Shown here in pieces: positions 21,601 through 30,090 of a stretch of DNA of 64,000 bases (within the stretch, counting starts at the first letter, position 1; every line of letters starts with the position of its first letter). The notes under the pieces are model-generated. The model made no database searches. It was not told the origin of the DNA and saw nothing but the letters and a program-made list of their open reading frames with translations. Source of the stretch: Balanoglossus misakiensis (Eukaryota > Animalia > Hemichordata); NCBI GenBank assembly GCA_040954595.2, contig CM082582.2, positions 4,696,303 to 4,760,302 on the forward strand, written 5' to 3'. The translations under genes were made by a program, and so were the position numbers.

Positions 21601-22414
21601 CCTTTTCTATGCCTTCCACTACAAAGCTGTCCTCATTTTTAGCTAAATACCGATGTGCACCATAAGCGGTGTACGTGAAATTTTCGGATTTTACTCTGTG
21701 TGTGTGTTTGCTGGGGTTAGCGTCTGTTGATTTGGAATGGTAAGATGTGGTTCCTGGAAAACTCCGCATACAAGAGAAACATACGGCCTTGCGCGTCAAC
21801 ACGCGACATATGGCATTTTTTTTTAAGTCGTACGCCACATACAAATTTTTTGTAGAGTCTTTTTGCAACAAGAAGCCACCTCCTAGGACCAACATGTAGA
21901 CGAGCCTATTGAACGTGGATGGTGGCAGGCTGCACGTCGACTTTGACCTGACATCTTTGTATATTGTTAACAGACTTTTGTACAATCTAAGCAGTTCGAC
22001 GCAACATGGCGTGTCGCCTATTTTACTCTCACGAACGGAGCACAATGTCTCGACGAATGCGTCGGTAAATCCACGTGCTAGAAATCTATTTTGGTCCGCA
22101 GCATGGACTATGAAACCATCGTCAAACCCCGTTGAGATTATTCTATTTAACCTACACACGGGATTGGTGCTTGAAACCAGTTCGTCTTCTATCCTGTTAG
22201 TGGGTGTACACACCCTCTTGCCTATCTGGAGGTGACTTTGCCCATCTTCATCGTCTGAATGTGAACATTCACTCTCATTGGGCCGTTTTCGAGAAATCTC
22301 ATCTGGACATTCCATTAAAGGTTCAAATGTTATTGCCCAAATACAAAACATAATTGCCCAAATACAAAACATTAGTATTAAGGTTTTATTATTATCAAAT
22401 CTAGGTGACCACAT
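15674..22414 (-). CDS. Giant coiled-coil viral protein (likely ATG at 22315), tegument/structural-like
   Basis: 2246-aa uninterrupted ORF: globular N-terminus, S/T/P-rich linker, roughly 1100-aa heptad region, globular C-terminus. Confidence 0.8.
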   Translation of the reverse strand: MWSPRFDNNKTLILMFCIWAIMFCIWAITFEPLMECPDEISRKRPNESECSHSDDEDGQSHLQIGKRVCTPTNRIEDELVSSTNPVCRLNRIISTGFDDGFIVHAADQNRFLARGFTDAFVETLCSVRESKIGDTPCCVELLRLYKSLLTIYKDVRSKSTCSLPPSTFNRLVYMLVLGGGFLLQKDSTKNLYVAYDLKKNAICRVLTRKAVCFSCMRSFPGTTSYHSKSTDANPSKHTHRVKSENFTYTAYGAHRYLAKNEDSFVVEGIEKVDLDRLENVCSVLLKYERGTMYHFFKYIEQDVKSQMPTFYIILSKHTLQLILSEIPNVWGVLSLYPYLWSHLCANCETILDLASDSHTNRNELLDLINGLFDDHQTKPHFLSTFPECFGTPDSINIPLFEQLRVAMHSAARALNSTFAQYKETSMDINFNQLFRSLARFIRIEKDVHNVLSGTLEQTALRELLADNATDDLPTLFGNNIQGTLKCGHTEGNLVAIVYGALCDTRFTEDRRYKTGRANAGILSDNDQRYVDFSNSQYENVLETDPSPRGFDDRVTDNTLDRYRDEYEYHPENIVNVEPAGEICQASLSELTEQYDDQSSDPIRVVDTDEQMTHTSDTASAISDVNQADSGGYSGLQELIHSEDVSELVQNVPTRVDGNGSDALSRKSTSSSNAQTPGDHPLEKIDNWEQFSSLVDTSTTDGVVFPPVSASTPLQITIPEETRTTLPLDSREDSKVTKHRDLSSLPTSSPASDSLVALPVPKPRTAPSTTAPFDDTITSLLQTVCPQDTSSGLDDLYSSPKQSRSSLVQRPVDTPDTLHPPRHASPKQSRPSLVEIPVDTPDTLHPPRHASPKQSRPSLVEIPFDTPDTLHTPKPQTMSPSLIHYTSNSNASVGEDPIFDIPLVSGTETDTLEDDLKSLTDYYEPIRLPRPRESGSRLSVNGELSEENCRTLRVSEGVNDGQTEQTSQTDAKQKIKSLLARIENLENDIEHLKADNEALITADKRNMQDMKGKLVCAENEAAKLVEEIGRIQAENKTLVLAKQRAVESAKQSLETVEAAKRELVVVENEKDTLSRDIERIQTEQNSLVEAKQREVDSMKQSLYAMEIAKQKLEIAENENGELTKRNVSTQEENRAKQRELDSIKQSLYAMEMAKQKLEIAENENGELTKRIVRTQEENRAKQRELESMRKSLDNIEAIKQKLQDDIERSNDESFNLIRNLERDIVDLNEDRRKLIETNGQLLERTREFERLVSEQNTSLSTRHDKHEETQQKLSDALKEIDALKDQLATATSKMNTIDSDLTDTSQHVKRVSSENAFTKELLHKEQAANEQLNHQIRRLETKLSALVSEKNQLQGDLNAQKVQHDTTRSNLKQDNERLQTELTDTRSVVDSLEHKLEIRENLLEERQSDIRKFETELEDVRLSLQHANETNSKQKEAEEKLQAQVTRLNIDCSKLRTEVFVSNKNAQAKIYQLSVENEQLQSNGRGKQSGSIDGETNRYMGEAKRLKAELHEKVMEYNQMRAEISKRTEQENAIREENDYLNKKIERFVHEKAVSEQNNQRQREKLQELNSQSLSDNKSLREFKEKESKTRREIDTLEMKVRQSVDTRNALKQQLDEANAEVDDLREEIETLKSDNQDMKAKAESTADITYKQIAQLRIERDMYQRDRDQLEDKVVVANEHVDALSKQHRQTETNNRQLRMDLESLRRQFDDTNSRFRNLRQENIQISRELGDKNTEITSTVKSNELQQKENAGLVSENEALRNKLLEQVELVARNNEDKIMQQREFEQKLNEIQLRLDDAIGDLNDWKRKANDLNDENSEFRTKLHSLETSFIQAEQRDSLNTRAFRDESRIGQGQDSDLSDSQSQAGSPEYYIARDRRMQEIASDKRLLENKVKVMEKSHTSQIAELRRHFENEIREQQKIIETRDKSLRELENAKGILGVRAIDSQASRIDPSGSQTSNIEQTVCLEVSSEHDLESLVNSLRKENKAIRQLSAERAAEIDRLKKAHDGCDKHEATVRDLSRQLRESQDIVRYLQTQRDALKEAHRLRSNGVTIDAPCRDNYVDLAINGRPFVSFVSSAYRRLPSYTDSLFKNIMTDFFDPQPSFSVMLEEARQFMCYRDDNGHRDSELNKFSRVAAMCRGHATTKVATFYPVVIPHDPNTSTPTMFRLILLLGKTRNVKFVDRHDAMIPLCFVSTNEHLIDFTKGSAKYIVVTKSKRNLTTLVPYVKSMLSHNFDQNLNQITVK
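18861..19160. repeat. 135-bp (45-aa) coding tandem repeat in the giant protein
   Basis: tcaa(g)ctcgcgctgtttcgc recurs at 18861, 18996 and 19131. Confidence 0.85.
19805..20025. repeat. 78-bp (26-aa) coding tandem repeat, about 3 copies
   Basis: atgtaaggtgtcgggtgtatcga at 19805, 19883, 19961; encodes SPKQSRPSLVEIPVDTPDTLHPPRHA. Confidence 0.9.
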
Positions 22415-22415
22415 T

Positions 22416-23687
22416 ATGTGGACGAGGAGGCGGGCGAAATGGCGAGAGTTGATGGAAGAGAAATATCGAGTAAGGTGCGCGCGTCTGACTAGCCGAATCG
22501 GTATTACCTCCAGAACTGCTACGCACTATAACTTTCCCGCGGTAACTCGTCGCACTTCGAGATTAACACCCGTTCAAGATGCATATGTACAGACCAGGGA
22601 TGTAGAAGTGACGCCGGCCTTACCTCCCCTGGGAACAGATGTTGGCGTATCAGCAGGGCACACCATTACGGACGGTTTGATACGAGACTCCACCCCACAA
22701 ACCCATACACAATCGGACAGGCGATTACAACAAGCATCACCTGTTTCTACCACTAGGGTGCAAGACAGGTGTTCGCACTTGACCAGTACACCAACTTCAG
22801 AAACTAATTCGATTACGATACCGGAGAGCAATGATGGGATACATGTCGTTTATTCACAATTTGCCAATGCACAGGTACCCGACCAGGCCGAGAGAATTAA
22901 CAAAACTGCGCTTGGTGTTATGGATAGTTCAATACACACCCCAAATCAACAATCAGTCAGAACATGGACGAGGCATCCGCCAACAAACCAGACAGATCGT
23001 TCCATTGCATCGTCAACGTCACCAGTAGACAATCATACAATAAATGAAGGGAGTCTCCCGCGGACGCCACCCAGACATAAGAATTCGGGTAAATCAAAAC
23101 AAAAGACCAAAATCGGAATTGTTGGTAAAAAAAGAAATAATAAGAAAATAATATATGATAATCACGGCAACCAATATTTGCTATTGCAAGTCAGTGGGGT
23201 TGCCGACGCCTGTTTTTATCGATGCTGCGTTATTGCATCTGATACAACACTCCTACAAAAGTACCTATCCGGTCATATCCAACCTCATCATTTAGAAGAT
23301 ACGGTGGAGACTGGTGTGCCGAACCTAAGAATAAAAATGGCCAATCACATGGACGGTTGGCCCAGCGATCGAATTTTGCCAGAATTCGGAGTCGACATTT
23401 TGCGAGAGGGCGGGTTTCGTTCACTCGCTGACAGGTCCGAAAGTCTCAGAGGGACGTATCCACACTGCGCTTCTACCATCGAGATCATGTGCGCCAGTGA
23501 AGTGTTAAATAGACCTATTCGGTTGTTCCAGAAGTCACTTAACGATGAAGATGCTGTGGTTGAATGTCTGAATACCAGCAGCCGCCTTCCTAATGAGAGT
23601 GGTTGTGCCACTCCAATAAATATCCTGTACCGTTACTTTGGACCTGATGATCCAGGCAATCATTTCGACTTACTAATCAAGCAATAA
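22416..23687 (+). CDS. OTU-family cysteine protease (deubiquitinase) with a long disordered N-terminus
   Basis: VSGVADACFYRC (Cys motif), ASTIEIMCASEVLNRPIRLF and GNHFDLL (His motif); AATAAA overlaps the stop at 23683-23688. Confidence 0.75.
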   Translation: MWTRRRAKWRELMEEKYRVRCARLTSRIGITSRTATHYNFPAVTRRTSRLTPVQDAYVQTRDVEVTPALPPLGTDVGVSAGHTITDGLIRDSTPQTHTQSDRRLQQASPVSTTRVQDRCSHLTSTPTSETNSITIPESNDGIHVVYSQFANAQVPDQAERINKTALGVMDSSIHTPNQQSVRTWTRHPPTNQTDRSIASSTSPVDNHTINEGSLPRTPPRHKNSGKSKQKTKIGIVGKKRNNKKIIYDNHGNQYLLLQVSGVADACFYRCCVIASDTTLLQKYLSGHIQPHHLEDTVETGVPNLRIKMANHMDGWPSDRILPEFGVDILREGGFRSLADRSESLRGTYPHCASTIEIMCASEVLNRPIRLFQKSLNDEDAVVECLNTSSRLPNESGCATPINILYRYFGPDDPGNHFDLLIKQ

Positions 23688-24011
23688 ACCACTTAATACA
23701 GTGTTGTAATTTTATTCTATTTTCATGAGGTATTGATGTATATGGGATTTTATAATTTAATGCACAAGCAGATCCAATAAAGAATTACAGCATAGTTCTA
23801 ACGCTTGTTGTGTATATTGGATTTATACACCTCACCGACTTCATCATATCAACACAACTGTGTTGTAATAAGAACTACACACATATTATAAATCATGACA
23901 CATATAACTCCATTTTATGTGCGTGTGTATGTCCAACGCAGCGAGCCATCGTTTTGAGAAGTACACTTTATTTGTAAACTCAATTCATTGAAACCACAGA
24001 CATTCCAATAA

Positions 24012-24855
24012 CTACAGTGCTGAAGTACAATATGCCCAAAAACTATTGAACATGCCTGAGATGTCACTATTGAAGCATGCCTGGGTATGATATGAGACAT
24101 CATTGAGCTCTTGGACCAAACTCTCCATCATCTCACCCAGGTCCGCGGAAACATACTCCAAATGTTGACGTATGTCCATTTCCGAGCTATGATAATCACT
24201 GCGCACGGGTACGCAATAATTGCGCCTGAGACCATCTAATAACGCAATAACTGCGAAACACATCTTTTTACGGTGTGTGCTCTGGATCGCGTGCTTCCTG
24301 TGATGATCATTGACAACTCTGTACATTTCGATTAAGAGTGGGCGGAACAGGGACTTGTACACCTCTTCCATCTCTCCAGTATCCATATACATGGCACAAT
24401 AATCATCTATTTGTTCTAAAACACCTTGGTTGATAGCACTCTGTTGAATTGCGTCTAGTTGCTCTAAGTCTGGAAGGTTGCAATCTCGCAAAAGTCTGTC
24501 CCATGGTACAAAACTTGACGTACAACCATTGACATCCACGCGCCATATGTCGCCAACTGCAACGAGAGCAAGCGATATACAGTGAAACCGACCACAGGTG
24601 ACAAAATATCACGAACGAGATGAGTTTGTGTCAGCGAGAACATGCATTCAACTACTTACGAAATTGGTAGATTTTTCCATCTGATGCACAGATGCGCGAC
24701 TTTTCTAGTAAATCGTCCAGTGATATACATTCAGCTGTATATACTGTCTTCACACGCATATGTAGCTCCCCTATTCGGGCAAGGGCATCAGTCGTTGTGA
24801 TGTTATCGCTCTGAGTGTACCCGTATTCGCAGACGCCATTCGAGTCGAAGTCCAT
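24012..24855 (-). CDS. Spliced hypothetical viral gene, join(24855-24660, 24556-24012)
   Basis: Donor C|GTAAGT and acceptor ctctcgttgCAG|; the 103-nt intron joins two ORF-track ORFs in frame (...KIYQF-L-GDIWRVDVNG...). Confidence 0.75.
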
Positions 24856-25191
24856 CAGCGTTTCATCTCCATTAGTTTGCCAACTGAAAGCGAGCTTGTA
24901 TCTCCTTGCTATTCAGTGTCTGTCCTGGTGAATACTGCGATGACCACTTGCATTAGTCGTACTGACATAATCTATTTATAAGAACCACATCGCATGCATA
25001 TAAAACATATCACATAGCGCCAAATACTATGCTGTCAGTGTTAGTCGAGTGGACCTCGGATTTAATTGACGTGTCATCTGTGATATCACTATTTCGGGGA
25101 GTGAACATTAATTGTGTCACCGTCTTGTAATCTTGGATGTCACCGTTTCACTTGGTGTATAATTACCTTGTGTCAGTTTATTGTAAATAAG

Positions 25192-26541
25192 ATGAACTGT
25201 CGTAATTCAGGAATCGATGTCCAAGGGCTGATAACTACAGCACCGGCGTTAGTATCCACAATGCTTGACAAACGTATCTCTTTGGAGTACACTACCAGCA
25301 ATGGCTCAAGTAACGTTATTATTGTCGATGAAGCCAGACTGGAAAAAATGTCACCCCCTTTGTTCGCTCAAACTTCATGGCCCCACGGACACTCGTGTAA
25401 AAAGGCCAAAGTCACCACTGCAATTGCCCCAGATGGAGAGAGAGTACGATCGCTTATGTTGGCACCTAGTACTTACATAAGCCAAGATTATGTCGATCAC
25501 TTTGGACATTTAATGGACTTCATCTCTGAATCAAAGGTTGGCCTGCGCTTATCCGACATACATTGGGGTTGCATTCAACTCGCTGACTTTCTGCAGGTCA
25601 CGTATTATTTAGAACATGTCCTAAAAACTATGGATCGCTTGTTGTTTGTATCACCGGGCGAAAAAACAAATTCATTTTATGGAGCCCTTGGAGACATATT
25701 AGTGGCTATCGAAAGATTATCACTGAATGATATTCCCTATTTTGTCGAACTGCGAGATTCGGTGGGTGATGAGCTGTTTGCCGGATGTCGTTGGCGACGC
25801 ATGTGCTCGTGCAATAGCCTGTTGGAGAACACGGGGTTCAACGGGCTCCCCTTTCAGCTTCACGTACACACTCCCTTTAATGAAGAAACATTTTGGCGTC
25901 GCCTTGAAAACTGTAGAGCTATACGGGCAATTGACCATCAGTCTTCAGACTCTCTTGACACGAGGTTGACGCCTGCGTTGCGTTTTCTCTCGTCGCACAA
26001 CGACCGTAGATTGGCATTTGACATGCTCGTCCACTTTGTCTTAGCTAAACAGGCCTCCATGGACGATTATGCGACACTATGTGAAATCATGTGTAATTTG
26101 TGCGCAAAGGAGAGGCGAAAGGATGTCGCATTACGCAGACTTCGTATCATCGAGCGCATGTTTAACTACAAATTTCGATTTTACCAGAAAGAGACAGCAG
26201 CCGTGGTCGACGTTATTTCTACTATGCTCACTGAAGTGTCACGTGCATACGACGCACGAACGGGCGATACTCAAACAAAGTGCCACAACTGCGCTACCTC
26301 TTTCGATAAGGCTGTCGTCACCCCTTCCAAGTGTAAAGTCTGTGACACAATGACATGCGAACTATGTAAAGACCGATGTATGTTGTGTAAGCAAGAAACT
26401 TGTCTCCCTTGTGGCAAGTTTGTTGCCTTCAAGACGGAGAGAGGGGATGCATTCTATTCCGAGTATAACGTGTCACCCGCATTCCGTAGTAGTTATCCAG
26501 CGTTCTGCATTGACTGCGCCTTGAACAAATATGAACAATGA
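25192..26541 (+). CDS. BTB-like plus Cys-rich protein, paralogue B
   Basis: CIQLADFLQVTYYL, RMCSC and a C-terminal CHNC/CKVC/CELC/CMLC/CLPC/CIDC array parallel the 10245-11513 protein. Confidence 0.65.
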   Translation: MNCRNSGIDVQGLITTAPALVSTMLDKRISLEYTTSNGSSNVIIVDEARLEKMSPPLFAQTSWPHGHSCKKAKVTTAIAPDGERVRSLMLAPSTYISQDYVDHFGHLMDFISESKVGLRLSDIHWGCIQLADFLQVTYYLEHVLKTMDRLLFVSPGEKTNSFYGALGDILVAIERLSLNDIPYFVELRDSVGDELFAGCRWRRMCSCNSLLENTGFNGLPFQLHVHTPFNEETFWRRLENCRAIRAIDHQSSDSLDTRLTPALRFLSSHNDRRLAFDMLVHFVLAKQASMDDYATLCEIMCNLCAKERRKDVALRRLRIIERMFNYKFRFYQKETAAVVDVISTMLTEVSRAYDARTGDTQTKCHNCATSFDKAVVTPSKCKVCDTMTCELCKDRCMLCKQETCLPCGKFVAFKTERGDAFYSEYNVSPAFRSSYPAFCIDCALNKYEQ

Positions 26542-26629
26542 AAAGATGACACATGTATCGAGGGTAAACCCACAGACTGGAATGTCTCACCTGCGTCCCA
26601 TACGCATTTTTGTCGTATGTTTTGTAAGA

Positions 26630-27140
26630 AGACAGACAGTGTATATTTTGTACTTGACGTTTATTTATCACCTTTTGTTACATTAAAAAATAACATAATT
26701 GTATCGGCAGTATTAACGTCGTCTTGTTTTTTATTGTATGCGGGGGGGGGGGGGGGGTGGTACAACCAAACCACACAGTTTAAAATCCATATCAATTGTA
26801 AGACAACCAGTGTAAATTTTGTACGCTACATTCATTGATCAATATTTGTTGAACAACAAAAAATAACATAATTGTATTGTCTGTCTTATAGTCGCTTTGT
26901 TTTCTATTGTATGTGAAGGGGGGGGGGTACAACCAGACCACACAGTTTAAAATCCATATCAAGTGTAAGACAACCAGTGTAAATTTTGTACGCTACATTC
27001 ATTGATCAATATTTGTTGCATTAAAAAAAGATAACATAATTGTATTGGCTGTCTTAACGTCGTTTTTTTCTGTATTTTACGCGAAGGGGGGGGGGGGAGG
27101 CACAGCCAAACTCTATAGTTAAAACTCAATATCAGTAGTA
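26630..27140. repeat. About 170-bp tandem repeat (roughly 3 units) with poly-G tracts, overlapping the RNR2 3' end
   Basis: taacataattgta at 26691, 26864 and 27032, each followed by a G-run. Confidence 0.85.
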
Positions 27141-28138
27141 AACTTATGATCTTCTTTGTTTCCAGAGCCAAACTTTCGATATTCGCTGACTCTTCTTTCG
27201 AAAAAGTTTGTTTTTCCATCAAGAGCGATGTTTTCCATAAAGGGAAAGGGATTGTCTACTTTATACAGTTTATCCACGCCCAATTCTCCAAGTAATCTGT
27301 CCGCCACAAATTCCACGTATTGTTTCATTTTGTTGGCATTCATCCCGAGCAAGGGTTCTGGAAGGCTTTCGTCGACAAATACCTTCTCGATCTCAGTACC
27401 TTCTTTTACAATGTCAATAACTGTGTCCTCGGGGGGTTTGTCTCGAAGAGGTAATTTATGGTACATGAGACAAGCAAAATCGCAATGTAATCCCTCGTCA
27501 CGACTGATTAACTCATTAGAATGACACAGACCGGGTAGAAACCCCTTTTGCTTTAACCAAAATATACCGGCGAAAGCCGAAGAAAATAGAACCCCTTCGA
27601 CCACGGCAAACGCCACCAGTCTAGTAGCGAAAGTAGACGCCTCGTCTTCAATCCACTTTGAGATCCATTTTGCCTTTAGATTAATACTCGGTACGGTTAA
27701 TACAGCATTAAAGAGTCTTTGTTGCTCTTGGCTGTTCTCGGCGTAAGTCTCTATTAAGAGTTTGTACATCTCCGAATGAATGTTTTCCATTGCTGTTTGA
27801 AAGTCGTAGAAATATTGGGCTTCCAATATGGTCACTTCACGAGAGAATCTATTGACTAAATTCTCGGAGACTATCATATCGCTACTCGCAAAAAAGGCTA
27901 AGATCATTTTCACGTACATTTGCTGTGTCTCTGTCATGAGTTTCCACGTCATCAAATCTTTACTAGTATCTACTTCACCTGGGACCCAGTAGGAAGACTT
28001 AGCCTTCTCATACATGTCCCACAGGTCATGGTGTTCAATATCTCTGACACAAAACCGACGGAGGTCTATGGTTTTATTCGTTCCCTTAGATACAGCTATT
28101 TTTGACTGTACCTCACGGAGGATATTTGTCGCGTCCAT
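27119..28138 (-). CDS. RRM2: Ribonucleotide reductase small subunit (class Ia R2), intronless
   Basis: ILAFFASSD, ENIHSEMY, VEGVLFSSAF, SRDEGLH, KTNFFERRVSEY, C-terminus FTTDIEF. Confidence 0.97.
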   Translation of the reverse strand: MDATNILREVQSKIAVSKGTNKTIDLRRFCVRDIEHHDLWDMYEKAKSSYWVPGEVDTSKDLMTWKLMTETQQMYVKMILAFFASSDMIVSENLVNRFSREVTILEAQYFYDFQTAMENIHSEMYKLLIETYAENSQEQQRLFNAVLTVPSINLKAKWISKWIEDEASTFATRLVAFAVVEGVLFSSAFAGIFWLKQKGFLPGLCHSNELISRDEGLHCDFACLMYHKLPLRDKPPEDTVIDIVKEGTEIEKVFVDESLPEPLLGMNANKMKQYVEFVADRLLGELGVDKLYKVDNPFPFMENIALDGKTNFFERRVSEYRKFGSGNKEDHKFTTDIEF

Positions 28139-28371
28139 GTAATCGGTTCACAAAAAGACATATGATAAACTGGCCGTTATCTTCAATTATTTATACGTTC
28201 ATGAAAACAGAATCACAACAAACATAATTCACATGTGTTGCGTATGTATAGTAATGTCGTAAATGAAGTGACCGTTTGATATTTTCTTCAGGGACGCGGT
28301 TGAGAACCAATGTACATGGTTTGTGCCCAGACGCAATTGGTTAGTACACCACCCTTTTATTCAATCACTTA

Positions 28372-29185
28372 GGCTGCATTCACAAACACCTCTGGAGGGG
28401 GGGGGGGCGGGAGAATTCAATTTTTTTTACCGCTAATTTTCACATGCCCCCCTTCCGAACTGCCAATATTTTCAAACCCCCCCCCCTTCCGAACTGCCAA
28501 AGTTTTGAAATCCCCCCATTGTCTTTCACAGAGCAAAACACATCACCTATCTATCTTGTAAAAAGAAAAACAGCGCTCCCATGAAAAGAATTTGAAACTG
28601 ATGTTTCCCCTCATCAGTGGGTATTAAAACTGAACATTGTTTTTATTTGTTAAGTACATATATTTGTATTCTGTGTTGGGAGAATTTGTAAACCGAGAAT
28701 TGAAGGGGGTGGGTTTGGGAGGGGGTGTCCCCCTCCCACGTAAGAAAATTTTCTAAAATACAGAGCTCAAAGCTGCATTTTAAGGAACCCGGCAAAAGCA
28801 AATTAACTCAACTACCGGTTTGTTGGGGAGGACAAATTTAACCGTCGCCGAGCAAAGTTATCATGGGGTGGGGGCAAGTCCCCTGACCTGGGTCACTAGA
28901 TAAACCAGTCAATGATTGAAAGGTGTTGATGAATTGAGGGGGTGGGTGTGGCAGGAGGTTTCCCCCTCCCACATTAGAAAATTTTGTAAAATAAAGGGCG
29001 CGAAACTGCATTTTTGTGGACTCAAAATAAATATTTAGTCGTCAAAGTTTTCAAGTCCCCCCCCCCTTTCAGTCCCTAAATTATTTCAAACCCCCCCCCC
29101 TCACATACCCTCAATTTTTTCAAACCCCCCCCCTTAATTCTCCTGCCCCCCCCCCCCCCCTCCAGAGGTGTTTGTGAATGCAGTC
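28372..29185. mobile_element. Non-autonomous PIF/Harbinger-type MITE inserted in the viral region
   Basis: TIRs ggctgcattcacaaacacctctggaggg... / ...ccctccagaggtgtttgtgaatgcagtc, TTA on both sides (28369-28371, 29186-29188). Confidence 0.88.
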
Positions 29186-29412
29186 TTAGAAGGGGTTCAT
29201 TACATCAATTTGTGACAAAGAAGAGAAGATACACAGTTCACATCGTGCGTTTCATGATGTTTATTACTTTCCGTACTCGGACCTTGTAGAACCAGCAACC
29301 GGATACGACACCACCGTCGGCTCGTGGGAGTTCTACCAATTATAATATATAAGTATAAGAACAACAGATAAACGCCTTATCGATATTGAGGCTTTTACAT
29401 CCGCGGAAGACG

Positions 29413-29955
29413 ATGTCTGCGTGCAAACAGCTAACGGGCAACATACACGATCGACGTCCGGAACTATCCAGTCTGTTGCTGCAAGTATTGAAAGGTGCTG
29501 ACAGGGATCATTTGAGTGACATGAATAGCGGTAAACATGTAAAGCTCTATCGCAGACTGGTCTCCATACAACCGAACCATCACGAGGTGTCTCACGGTGT
29601 ATATGTCCTACTCAGTTTAGCATTGAGGCGTGACATGCACCATGAACTAGAATTGATAAGTTACATATGCTCGGAATGGTTACGGTTGTATAAGGTAAAG
29701 GTATCAGCCAACACCCTTCACAACATGTACCATCGTGTTATTGAAACCGTTGCCAAGAGTAATTTGGCGGATGCGACGTTGTGTACCAGTGTAAGACCCA
29801 CAGAATCGTGCGACGGTGAAGCTGTGGCATATTTTATACTTCGGTCATTGTACGCACTTGTGGAAGTACCAGCAGGTATGATGCTTGACTCGCTCAAAAC
29901 TGGTAAGGAGCAACTGTGGCATCGCAAGGCGTGTACGATATGTAGTCAATTGTAG
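29413..29955 (+). CDS. Hypothetical viral protein
   Basis: About 180-aa ORF from ATG 29413, TATA-rich sequence upstream (about 29341-29358). Confidence 0.6.
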   Translation: MSACKQLTGNIHDRRPELSSLLLQVLKGADRDHLSDMNSGKHVKLYRRLVSIQPNHHEVSHGVYVLLSLALRRDMHHELELISYICSEWLRLYKVKVSANTLHNMYHRVIETVAKSNLADATLCTSVRPTESCDGEAVAYFILRSLYALVEVPAGMMLDSLKTGKEQLWHRKACTICSQL

Positions 29956-30090
29956 GTCTTTGTGTTGCGCCATCGACGGAAAGAGCAAACATTATGTGAT
30001 GCGACTATTGGTGATGTCTACACAACCCGTCGATAGCCTGTCCGGCAATATAAAATCAGTAGACGTCCATCACATTTGATCATTCAGCCC

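Noticed and set aside
15729-22235. Many plus-strand ORFs opposite the giant gene
   Set aside because: Antisense shadows of a codon-biased coiled-coil ORF
15674-22414. SMC or myosin assignment for the giant protein
   Set aside because: No Walker A/B, hinge or motor motifs seen
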